A stretch of DNA of 35,394 nt from a bacterium (GTDB lineage Bacteria; Hinthialibacterota; Hinthialibacteria; Hinthialibacterales; Hinthialibacteraceae). The stretch is taken from contig JBHGBC010000052.1 in the NCBI GenBank assembly GCA_041946805.1, forward strand, positions 1-35,394. The letters are read 5' to 3'. Below the pieces are notes generated by a model that worked only from the letters and a program-made list of their open reading frames with translations, had not been told where the DNA came from and did not search any database. The translations under genes and the position numbers were made by a program. Positions 18,297-26,642 of this stretch are shown in pieces. Numbering within the stretch: position 1 is the stretch's first letter; each line of letters opens with the position of its first letter.

Positions 18297-19949
18297 TTAT
18301 CGTTTCCGCCTCGCGGATTCCGCGGTCCGCCGGGAAGCGCGGGACCGGCCGTCGCGGCCGTTGGATGAAAGAGGGAGATGCACGGACGCCGGATCGATCG
18401 CCCGCAAGGCCTCCTCCATCCGCGCCAGCACTACATCCACCACTTCGCAACCCGCCGTCAAGGGCAGCTTGGTCAACGCGCTGGGCGGGCAGCCTTCCTT
18501 GTAGGTCTGCACGCTGATGTCCAGCCCGGCTTCGTTGAGAATCTTCGCGAAGCGCTTGCCTGTGTCCAATTCGTGGAAATTGATCCCCGCCAGATGGCGC
18601 CGGCCTTCGATCGACACGAGGGGGCCGGGATGGCGCGCCGCCAAGTCCCGCAGCCGTTCCTCGTAATAATCGCCCACCGCTCCCGTGACCTCCGCGTTCG
18701 CTTCCGCCCAGCGCAAGGTGACCAGGTAGGCCAGCGAGGCCAGCTCCTCCTGCCCATTGGTCACCAGCGCCCCGAACAACGGCAGCGTGTCCAGGGAGGC
18801 GTTGAACAAAATCCGCGACGCCGGATACTCCCCCCCCGGGAACCCCTTGCCCACCACCACGATGGACGGCGTCACGCCGTATTCCCGGAACATGAAGATT
18901 GCCGGGCTCCACACGCAGGTCTGGATCTCGTCGGCCACCGTGGGGGTGTCGTATTTCCGGCACAACGCGTAGGCCCGGCGGACGTAGGCCTCCGTCAACT
19001 GCGCCGCCCCGTAGTTCATCATGATGAATTCGTGAAAAAAGGCCGCCGTCTTGTACCGGCCCTGGTTGCATTCCGTGAAGACGGCGGCCAGTTCCTTTTC
19101 GTCGTTGGGGCGCACGCCGCGGACGCGCAACAGGCCGTGCTTCTCCAGGCCCGCCAGCAGTTCCGGCCACATGCCCCGCAGGAACTGCGCCACCACCGTC
19201 GTGCCGTGATAGTTGGCTTGCAGTCCCCCCTGGGAGTCCCCCAGGACCACCAGCACGGGAATCCGGCCTTGGTAAGGTGGTTCGGGCGACTCCGGCAACG
19301 GCTTGTAAAACCGCGCCAGGGCCATCTTGATCGCCGCTTCGGCCGCCAGGCTCCCCGTTTCCAGGTTCAACACCCGGTCCAGCGCCGCGCCGCGCTTCCC
19401 AGTCCCCGTTCGCGGTTCCCGGCCGCCGTCCCGGCTCCGGCCCGCCGCCGCCCGCACCAGCTCCTGTTCCAGAATCCGTGTGACCTGCCCGCGGGTGATG
19501 TTGTGCGTGGCGTTGCTGATTCCCAGCCGCCGCGCCCGCTCCACCAACTGGTACCCGGGAAAATGATGCCCCAGCGCCACGTGATAGTGTTCGCTTTTGG
19601 AGATCAGAAACAACCGTCCGTCCTCGCTCACCCGGTAAAATCCCAGGCACGTGAGCGGCGCGATGGCTGGTTGGCTGTGCGCTTGAAACTCGTGCGACGT
19701 GGCTCCCGGGGCCGTGCCGCGCACCCGCCGGCTGCAGGCTTCGCCCACCCGGGGCAGCCAATCCACCAGCCGGCGGTACAGATCGGCCGGATAGAAATCG
19801 ATCTTCTCGGCCGCCTGCGCCAGAAGGGTTTTTTCGTCTTCCCCGGACAGGCGCGCGCGGGCCGCGCACGCCGCCTGGATGAATTCGCCGCCCAACAAAT
19901 CCTTCAAACTATGACGCACCCGGACAAATCGAGTCGTACGGTTGTTCAC
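18297..19949 (-). CDS. Class-III PLP-dependent aminotransferase (atypical, 550 aa)
   Basis: GTG start behind GGAGG; ALGH, TGSLAAEAAIKMA, YHG, ADEIQT and GKGFPGG (PLP Lys). Confidence 0.85.
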   Translation of the reverse strand: MNNRTTRFVRVRHSLKDLLGGEFIQAACAARARLSGEDEKTLLAQAAEKIDFYPADLYRRLVDWLPRVGEACSRRVRGTAPGATSHEFQAHSQPAIAPLTCLGFYRVSEDGRLFLISKSEHYHVALGHHFPGYQLVERARRLGISNATHNITRGQVTRILEQELVRAAAGRSRDGGREPRTGTGKRGAALDRVLNLETGSLAAEAAIKMALARFYKPLPESPEPPYQGRIPVLVVLGDSQGGLQANYHGTTVVAQFLRGMWPELLAGLEKHGLLRVRGVRPNDEKELAAVFTECNQGRYKTAAFFHEFIMMNYGAAQLTEAYVRRAYALCRKYDTPTVADEIQTCVWSPAIFMFREYGVTPSIVVVGKGFPGGEYPASRILFNASLDTLPLFGALVTNGQEELASLAYLVTLRWAEANAEVTGAVGDYYEERLRDLAARHPGPLVSIEGRRHLAGINFHELDTGKRFAKILNEAGLDISVQTYKEGCPPSALTKLPLTAGCEVVDVVLARMEEALRAIDPASVHLPLSSNGRDGRSRASRRTAESARRKR

Positions 19950-19990
19950 CTTGCCTCCTGTTGCGTTCGTTCCACGCGGGAGCCGCCCTG

Positions 19991-20020
19991 ATGTTCGTTT
20001 TTGTTTGATAATGTGAGATT
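19991..20020. promoter_or_regulatory. Three tandem 10-bp direct repeats, putative DeoR/GlpR operator
   Basis: ATGTTCGTTT-TTGTTTGATA-ATGTGAGATT; resembles the GlpR half-site WATGTTCGWT and overlaps the -10/+1 of the leftward promoter. Confidence 0.6.
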
Positions 20021-20046
20021 ACAACAAGCCGGTGCGATGCTGTCAA
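20018..20046 (-). promoter_or_regulatory. Sigma70-type promoter of the aminotransferase operon
   Basis: Minus strand TTGACA-N17-TGTAAT. Confidence 0.65.
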
Positions 20047-20132
20047 GCGGGCATCCCGGTTCGGTCTCGCAAAAAGATACTCCGGATTTCACCCGTTCTT
20101 CCAGTCCTCTCCTGCTTTTTTTTCGCATCCGG

Positions 20133-20161
20133 TTGACAGGGAATGTGAAACAAAATATATT
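20133..20161 (+). promoter_or_regulatory. Sigma70-type promoter facing the respiratory cluster
   Basis: TTGACA-N17-TATATT. Confidence 0.6.
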
Positions 20162-20321
20162 CGTATGCGCTTATACCATATTAAGCCGAAACGCCGGAAT
20201 TCATCACGGCCGGAAAGGCCGATGTTCCTCTCTGCTGGGTCTGGCCCGATCCTTGGTGCACGCCTCCCAAACCGGGAGAGCCCGTGGCATAAAATGGTAT
20301 ATAAACATGTGATTAGATTTT

Positions 20322-20346
20322 ATTGTTGACCAAATCAGTCGACTTT
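20322..20346. promoter_or_regulatory. Putative Rrf2-family (IscR type-1-like) binding site
   Basis: ATTGTTGACCAAATCAGTCGACTTT matches ATASYYGACTRWWWYAGTCRRSTAT at 22/25 positions; 27 bp upstream of ATG 20374. Confidence 0.6.
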
Positions 20347-20373
20347 CAAGACGCTGGACTGGCTGGAAAATCC

Positions 20374-22272
20374 ATGACTCTCTATTTCACCACCATCCCC
20401 GACACGCGCTATTGGAAATCGCAGATCAAGTGCCAGGACGCCTGCCCGGTCCACACCGACGCCCGCGGGTATGTGCGCGCCATCGCCCAGGGACGGGACG
20501 AACTCGCATATCTCATCGCGCGCGGCCCCAATCCCCTGGCGTCCCTCTGCGGGCGGGTATGCGGCGCGCCCTGCGAAACGGCCTGCCGCCGGGGGGATTA
20601 CGACGCGCCGGTCGCCATCCGCGCCCTGAAGCGCTATGTCTGTGAGCAATTCGGCCCCGAGGCGCGGACGGATGGGGGAAATACATTGGTGGAATACCTG
20701 AAGCGGACCGCCGCCCGCTATGCTTCCCGCGAATGCCAGGACCGGGATGAACTGTTGCCGCTGCTGCGGGCGCTCACCGGGGGCCGCGTGGCGCCGGTGT
20801 CCGGGAAAAGCGTGGGGATCATCGGCGGCGGGCCGGCGGGTCTGGCCTGCGCGCACGATCTGGCCCTGCTGGGTTTCGCGGTCACGATCTATGAGATGGA
20901 GCCTGTTCTGGCCGGGATGTTGGCGGTGGGCGTGCCGGAATACCGGCTGCCCCGCCCGGTTATCCAGGGGGAAGTCGATGTCATCCTTTCCTTGGGGGTG
21001 AAGGCGGTCACCCAGTGTTGCGTGGGGCGTGACATTGCGTTTCAGGAAATGCGCAAAAGTCACGACGCGGTGGTGATCGCCGTGGGAGCCAAGCGTTCGC
21101 GCCGCCTGCCCATACCGGGTGTGGAGGCCGACGGCGTGCTGGGCGGGGTGGAGTTCCTGCGCGATGTGGCGCTCGGGCGTCCTCCCCGGCTGGGCCGCCG
21201 GGTGGTGGTCATCGGCGGCGGGAACGTGGCGTACGACGTGGGCCGCACGGTTTTGCGTCAAATCTCCCTGGACGCGGCCCGCACCGCCCTCCGCCGCGAG
21301 GGCGTGGGCGAAGCGCATCTCTGCTCGCTGGAATCGCTCGAGGAGATGCCCGCCGACGACATCGAGATCCTCGAGGGAGACGAAGAAGGCGTGCTCCGCC
21401 ACAACAGCCTGGGGCCCCGGGAGATCCTGGCGGACGCTTCCGGGAAAGTCCGCGGCGTCCGGTTCCATCACTGCCTGCGGGTGTATGACGAAAACCGCCG
21501 CTTCAGCCCGCTGTTCGACGAGAACCAGGTCACCGAGATACCCTGCGACAACGTGCTGCTGGCGGTGGGGCAGACGTATGACTTGTCCTTTCTCGACGCG
21601 GAGCGGGACGGGCTGCGGATGACGGAGCGCGGGGTGGTCGAATGCGATCCCGCGACGGGCGAAACCAGCGCGCCGGATGTCTATGTGGCCGGCGACCTGG
21701 CCCACGGCCCCAAGTTGCTCATCCACGCCGTGGCGTCCGGCAAGGCCGTGGCGCGGAGCATTTACCAGCGTTTCACGGGCCGGGCCATCGCCCCGCGCGA
21801 GGTGGACCTGCACGTTCCCCAGGCCCGGTACGCGCGCGAGGTGGATTACGAAAAAATCCCGCGGATCGAACCGCCTAAATACGGCGTGGAACAGCGCACG
21901 GTTTCACACCAGGCGCCCGTCGAAAAGAATCTCCCGGCGGAGGAAGCCCGGCGCGAGGCCGGACGCTGCCTGGATTGCGGCGTCAACACCATCTTCGACG
22001 GGGAGCGCTGCGTCCTGTGCGGGGGGTGCGTCGAAGTGTGCCCCGAATCATGCCTGCGCATCGTTCCCCTGGAGTGGGTGGATGGCCCTCCCCGGCTTCA
22101 CAATGTCCTCGCGAATTATCTGGGCGAATATCCCGCGGACGAGGCGTCCGCGATTCTCAAGGATGAAACTCTCTGCATCCGCTGTGGTCTTTGCGCCGAA
22201 CGGTGTCCCAACGGCGCGATCACCATGGAACGATTCTGTTATGAGGTGATACCCGAATGCCAGGCCGTTTAG
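20374..22272 (+). CDS. NAD(P)-dependent FAD/Fe-S oxidoreductase (GltD/NfnB/DsrL-like) with C-terminal 2x[4Fe-4S] ferredoxin domain
   Basis: CQDACP...[19 protein letters not shown] (FAD); IGGGNVA (NAD(P)); [24 protein letters not shown] and [12 protein letters not shown]; no signal peptide; start approximate. Confidence 0.9.
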   Translation: MTLYFTTIPDTRYWKSQIKCQDACPVHTDARGYVRAIAQGRDELAYLIARGPNPLASLCGRVCGAPCETACRRGDYDAPVAIRALKRYVCEQFGPEARTDGGNTLVEYLKRTAARYASRECQDRDELLPLLRALTGGRVAPVSGKSVGIIGGGPAGLACAHDLALLGFAVTIYEMEPVLAGMLAVGVPEYRLPRPVIQGEVDVILSLGVKAVTQCCVGRDIAFQEMRKSHDAVVIAVGAKRSRRLPIPGVEADGVLGGVEFLRDVALGRPPRLGRRVVVIGGGNVAYDVGRTVLRQISLDAARTALRREGVGEAHLCSLESLEEMPADDIEILEGDEEGVLRHNSLGPREILADASGKVRGVRFHHCLRVYDENRRFSPLFDENQVTEIPCDNVLLAVGQTYDLSFLDAERDGLRMTERGVVECDPATGETSAPDVYVAGDLAHGPKLLIHAVASGKAVARSIYQRFTGRAIAPREVDLHVPQARYAREVDYEKIPRIEPPKYGVEQRTVSHQAPVEKNLPAEEARREAGRCLDCGVNTIFDGERCVLCGGCVEVCPESCLRIVPLEWVDGPPRLHNVLANYLGEYPADEASAILKDETLCIRCGLCAERCPNGAITMERFCYEVIPECQAV

Positions 22273-22727
22273 AACCCCAACCGCTGCCCCGGCGGGATTA
22301 TCTGGGATTGCTGGGGCTGGGCAGCGCCGGGATCGCGATCTTCGGATCCCTGCTGGGCATGGCGCGATTGCCCAAGCCCCGCGTGCTGCCCGAAGCCTCG
22401 AGCGTGGTCCGCATCGGCCCGCCGCTGGAATTCCCGCCGGGCACCACGCGCACGCTGCCCGAGTTGAAGATCCGGGTGATTTCCACGGAAAAGGGCATCG
22501 CCGCCTTGTCGCTGATCTGCACCCACCTGGGCTGCATCGTGGGCGAGGGCGAAAAGGGATTCGTCTGCCCCTGCCACGGATCGCGCTTTGATCCCGAGGG
22601 GCGGGTCATCGGCGGCCCCGCGCCGCGCAACCTGCCCTGGCTGGCGGTCTCGCAGGCGGCCGACGGCGCCCTGTGCGTGGACACCGCCGCCGAGACGCCG
22701 GCCGGTCAATTTTATCCGGTGGTTTAA
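22257..22727 (+). CDS. Rieske [2Fe-2S] subunit of a Rieske/cytb complex
   Basis: PRRDYL Tat-like motif plus TM helix; CTHLGC and CPCHGSRF boxes; GPAPRNL; overlaps the previous gene by 16 bp. Confidence 0.95.
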   Translation: MPGRLEPQPLPRRDYLGLLGLGSAGIAIFGSLLGMARLPKPRVLPEASSVVRIGPPLEFPPGTTRTLPELKIRVISTEKGIAALSLICTHLGCIVGEGEKGFVCPCHGSRFDPEGRVIGGPAPRNLPWLAVSQAADGALCVDTAAETPAGQFYPVV

Positions 22728-22742
22728 GGAGATGTTCACGCC

Positions 22743-24290
22743 ATGGCCGACATGAACCAGCGTCTTTTTTGGGAACGTTTGAAGAGGGTGCCGGAGAATT
22801 TCGTGGCCTCCGTGTTCCGCCACGGGAAGCCGGATTCGGACCGCGCACGGTCGCAGGCGGTCTTTGCCAACTTCTTCCTGCACGTGCATTCCACCCGTGT
22901 GCATCCCCACGCCTTGCGGGCCACGTATTCGTGGGGGCTGGGCGTCTCCCTGGTGGCGCAATTCCTGATTTTGACGGCGACCGGCGTCCTGCTGATGGTG
23001 TATTACAATCCCTCGATCGACCTGGCCTACAACACGATCAAGGATATCCATTACGTCGTGCCCACGGGGCGTTTCATCCGCAACATCCACCGCTGGGCGG
23101 CCCACCTGATGGTGTTGACGGTGATCCTGCACATGGCGCGGGTGTTTTACACCGCGTCGTACAAGCCGCCCCGCGAGTTCAACTGGGTGCTGGGCATGGT
23201 GTTGTTCATCCTGACCCTGGCCTTGTCGTTCTCGGGGTATCTGCTGCCCTGGGATCAGCTGGCGTATTGGGCGGTGACCATCGCCGCCAACATCGCCGCC
23301 TCGCCGGACGAACTGGTCCACGCGTTGGGGCTGCCCTCGGCGTTCGGCGTGGGCTGGCTGATCAAGGAACTGATGATCGGCGCGCGCGCCGTGGGGCAGG
23401 AGGCGCTGACGCGGTTTTACATGCTGCATGTCATGGTATTGCCCCTGGCGATGGCGGCCTGCATGGGCGCGCATGTTTGGCGGATTCACAAGGACGGCGG
23501 CTTGTCCCGTCCCGGCGGTTCCAATACTCCGGCGGGGAAGGGCGTGGAGACCGCGAACAACCAACCTGTCAATCCGGAACACGCGCCCACAAAGACCTAT
23601 GGCCTGATGGGCGTGGTGCGCGGACGTTCGCCTTACACCGGCGCGCTGCCGGATGAGACGGTCCCCGCTTGGCCGTATCTGCTGCGGGCCGAATTGTTGG
23701 TCTTCATGATCAATATGCTGGTGTTGGTGGCCCTGGCGTATTATTTCGACGCACCGTTGAAGGAACAGGCCAATCCGGCTGTGCCCGAGAATCCCGCCAA
23801 AGCCCCCTGGTACTTTTTGGGACTCCAGGAAATGGTTTCTTATTCGGCCTTCGTCGGCGGGATGCTGGTTCCCATGCTGGCCTTGCTGGGATTGATCCTG
23901 ATTCCCTTCATCGACCGGGACATCGAGGAGTGCGGCGTGTGGTTCAGTGGAAGGAAAGGGAAGCGAATCGCCCTTTATTCGCTGCTGTTCGGCGGGATCA
24001 CGGCGGTGGCGGCGGTGGCGTTTCCCGTGCAGTTCGGTTGGCTGCGCAACTGGTTTCCCGCGATTCCCCAGATCGTCATCATCCTGATCAATCCGGGCAG
24101 CCTGCTCACGGCGGCCTACGCGGCCTGGTCCATTGCCGTCCTGCGGAAAACGCGCTCCACCCGCATGGGGGCCATCGCGTTGTTCACGTGTTTTTTGATC
24201 GGCTTCGCCATCTTGACCTATGTCGGGACCGAACTGCGGGGCCCGAACTGGGGATTCTATTGGAGCGAGTCGCAATGGCCGGCGCATTGA
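22743..24290 (+). CDS. Cytochrome b of a Rieske/cytb complex (b6-like domain fused to subunit-IV-like domain)
   Basis: AAGGAG RBS; IRNIHRWAAHLMVLTVILHMARV; GYLLPWDQLAYWA; LTRFYMLH-x14-H; NPAKAPWYF. Confidence 0.95.
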   Translation: MADMNQRLFWERLKRVPENFVASVFRHGKPDSDRARSQAVFANFFLHVHSTRVHPHALRATYSWGLGVSLVAQFLILTATGVLLMVYYNPSIDLAYNTIKDIHYVVPTGRFIRNIHRWAAHLMVLTVILHMARVFYTASYKPPREFNWVLGMVLFILTLALSFSGYLLPWDQLAYWAVTIAANIAASPDELVHALGLPSAFGVGWLIKELMIGARAVGQEALTRFYMLHVMVLPLAMAACMGAHVWRIHKDGGLSRPGGSNTPAGKGVETANNQPVNPEHAPTKTYGLMGVVRGRSPYTGALPDETVPAWPYLLRAELLVFMINMLVLVALAYYFDAPLKEQANPAVPENPAKAPWYFLGLQEMVSYSAFVGGMLVPMLALLGLILIPFIDRDIEECGVWFSGRKGKRIALYSLLFGGITAVAAVAFPVQFGWLRNWFPAIPQIVIILINPGSLLTAAYAAWSIAVLRKTRSTRMGAIALFTCFLIGFAILTYVGTELRGPNWGFYWSESQWPAH

Positions 24291-24383
24291 GGCGGAACCG
24301 GTTCGAAGTCATCGCCGCGGAAGCGGGGATCCAAGACCGTGAATTCGTAGAGGCATGTTGCAACGTGACCTTACACCGGATTT

Positions 24384-24416
24384 CCCTCACCCCGACCCTC
24401 TCCCAGGGGGAGAGGG
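24384..24416 (+). repeat. Family A repeat
   Basis: ccctcaccccgaccctctcccagggggagaggg. Confidence 0.85.
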
Positions 24417-24471
24417 AGAAAACCGGGCAGGGAGAGGGAGGACACTCAGTGAAGAATTCAAGGACAGCGTT

Positions 24472-24924
24472 ATGAAAATCCGCATGCAAGACAATTCCAT
24501 CCGTTTCCGGATCACGCTGAAGGAATTGGAGCAATTGAACCAGGAAGGGGATGTTGTGGCCGAAACTGTGATCCGCGATCCCCGGACCGGCATGGTGGAA
24601 GGGCGGTTTCAATACGGCCTCGCGCGGATGAAGACTGAGAGCGAATCCCGTTGTGAAATAAGCCCGGCGGCGATTTTCATCCATCTGAATCCCGCCGATC
24701 TGGCCGTGCTGAACGATCCCCGGGAAGAGGGAGTCTATCTGCGGCGGGAAGCCCGGATGCCGGATGGCTCGGTGTACCGATTCATGGCCTTTGTCGAAAA
24801 GGACCGCCCGCCGTCGAAGTGCGACAAGCCGGAACGGTGGATCTACGAGCAGCATCCGGGATCGGAATATGAAACACGGCCCATGGGAACGAACGCGGGG
24901 CTGGAATCCACGAAAACTTCGTGA
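24472..24924 (+). CDS. Hypothetical soluble protein, 150 aa
   Basis: ATG 24472 behind AAGGA; MKIRMQDNSIRFRITLKELEQL; co-oriented and ends 9 bp before the cytochrome c gene; no signal, TM or cofactor motif. Confidence 0.75.
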   Translation: MKIRMQDNSIRFRITLKELEQLNQEGDVVAETVIRDPRTGMVEGRFQYGLARMKTESESRCEISPAAIFIHLNPADLAVLNDPREEGVYLRREARMPDGSVYRFMAFVEKDRPPSKCDKPERWIYEQHPGSEYETRPMGTNAGLESTKTS

Positions 24925-24933
24925 GGTGGGAGC

Positions 24934-26430
24934 ATGGGGCCGGTGAATATCGAGCGGATCGACGCGCGGATCAAGTGGGGCTTGCTGGTCACGGGAATTC
25001 TGACTTTGGGATTTTTGGCCGCCGCCGCGTTGCGCGAAAACGTGTGGCCGGAATGGCGCGTGGTCCGGAAGGAATACGCCGCGTTGCTGCGGGAGAAGGC
25101 CACGGATGAGCGGGGGCGGGCGCTTGCCGGGCAGTTTCAGGTCGAGATCGCGCAAGCCGTGATTCCCGCGCTGAACACGGTGGACCGCTGCGTGACCTGC
25201 CACGCGGGCATCGACGATCCGCGCATGGCGGACGCGAAGCAGCCGTTCCGGACGCATCCCGGCGATTACGTGAAGAACCACCCGGTGGAGCAATTCGGAT
25301 GCACTGTCTGCCACCGGGGCCAGGGGCGCGCGTTGGCGTTCGAGGAGGCCAAGGCGGAGGGCCATCATTGGGATTATCCCCTGCTGCCCGTGGAGCTGAC
25401 GCAGACGTCGTGCGGCGTATGCCATACCGCGGAGGAAGTGGCGGATAAGGGCGGCGCGCGGCTGGCGGCGGGGAAGGCGCTCTTCGAGGCCAAGGGCTGC
25501 CAGGCTTGTCACAAGCTGGGAGGGCGCGGCGGCAATCTGGGCCCGGCGCTGGACAACGAGGGCCTGAAGGTGCGGGGGATGCTGCCCATGGCCGGCGTGC
25601 AAGGCCCCCGGACACTGCCGCAGTGGCTGATCGAGCATTTCCGCGATCCGCAGGCGGTGGTGGCGGGCAGCCAGATGAAACCTCCGCAATTAAGCGAGGA
25701 AGAGATCACGCAACTCACCACCTATATGTTGTCCCTGCAAGTCCGGGACCTGCCCCAGACTTACCTGTCACCGGAAAAGCATTTGGAATTGTATAAGAAG
25801 TTCCGTCCCGATCCCGCGAGCGGCGAGGAACTCTACAACCGGTATTGCGCCACATGCCATGACCTGGGCCGCCATGGGCGGTACGACAAATTCTTCAATC
25901 AATTCATGCCGGCGGTGCGCGGCGTGTCCTTCACGCAGTTGGCTTCGGACACGTTCATCGAGGAGACCATCCGGCAGGGGAGGCCCGGCACTCTGATGCC
26001 GTCCTGGGGAGCGGCGGCGGGCGGCTTGACTGACGCGGAGATTCAGCGGATCCGGGAGTATCTGCAATCCACGCCCATCGCGCCGAATGAGCAAATTTCC
26101 CCGGAAGTGGTTCAGGCGGCGCAGGTCAACGCGTTGCCGGTGGCGGGCGATCCGGCGCGGGGAAAGGCGGTCTTCACCCGCCATTGCGCGGGCTGCCATC
26201 TGAACGGCCTCGCGCCCATCGTGTTTAATCCCGCCTTGTTGAAGAACGCCCCGGATGGATTCATCTACGCCACCATCGCCCATGGGCGGCGGAATACCCC
26301 CATGCCCGGATTTTTGGGACCGGACCAGGGAGGATTCCGTCCCCAGGATATCGCGGATGTAGTGATGTATTTGCGTTCCGTGGGCGGGGGCAACGTGGGC
26401 GCCCCCGGGCAGGCGGTCAGCGTGAAGTGA
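24934..26430 (+). CDS. Membrane-anchored hexaheme c-type cytochrome
   Basis: One N-terminal TM helix; six CxxCH: CVTCH, CTVCH, CGVCH, CQACH, CATCH, CAGCH. Confidence 0.92.
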   Translation: MGPVNIERIDARIKWGLLVTGILTLGFLAAAALRENVWPEWRVVRKEYAALLREKATDERGRALAGQFQVEIAQAVIPALNTVDRCVTCHAGIDDPRMADAKQPFRTHPGDYVKNHPVEQFGCTVCHRGQGRALAFEEAKAEGHHWDYPLLPVELTQTSCGVCHTAEEVADKGGARLAAGKALFEAKGCQACHKLGGRGGNLGPALDNEGLKVRGMLPMAGVQGPRTLPQWLIEHFRDPQAVVAGSQMKPPQLSEEEITQLTTYMLSLQVRDLPQTYLSPEKHLELYKKFRPDPASGEELYNRYCATCHDLGRHGRYDKFFNQFMPAVRGVSFTQLASDTFIEETIRQGRPGTLMPSWGAAAGGLTDAEIQRIREYLQSTPIAPNEQISPEVVQAAQVNALPVAGDPARGKAVFTRHCAGCHLNGLAPIVFNPALLKNAPDGFIYATIAHGRRNTPMPGFLGPDQGGFRPQDIADVVMYLRSVGGGNVGAPGQAVSVK

Positions 26431-26494
26431 AGGTGGTTATTGAGATTGAGGCGGTGCATGTATTTCGAGAGGGGAAGGCACGATGGCAGTCATT

Positions 26495-26571
26495 CCCTCA
26501 CCCCGGCCCTCCCGGGGGGAGAGGGAAGAGACCGTTTCGCAGGGTGGGCTCAAAGCGAAGCGTCGCCCACC
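26495..26571. repeat. Family A repeat (26495-26525) followed by a GCAG variant of REP family B (26539-26571)
   Basis: ccctcaccccggccctcccggggggagaggg; gcagggtgggctcaaagcgaagcgtcgcccacc. Confidence 0.7.
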
Positions 26572-26642
26572 ATCACTCGGTATGAATTGCAAGAGAGCGT
26601 TTGATTGCATTCCTGAATCCATGAACCAGAGGAACCGAACCG

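Noticed and set aside
20285..20302. TGGCAT as a possible sigma54 -24 box
   Set aside because: No GC at the -12 position
20326..20338. TTGAC-CAA-ATCAG as an FNR box
   Set aside because: The spacer is 3 rather than 4 bp and the half-sites are imperfect; the longer Rrf2-type palindrome explains it better
20374..22272. Annotation as glutamate synthase small subunit (gltD)
   Set aside because: No gltB is present, it has an extra ferredoxin domain, and it overlaps the Rieske gene
24355..24471. N-terminal extension of the hypothetical ORF (PHPDPLPGGEG)
   Set aside because: It is a translation of the intergenic family A repeat; a better start with an RBS is at 24472
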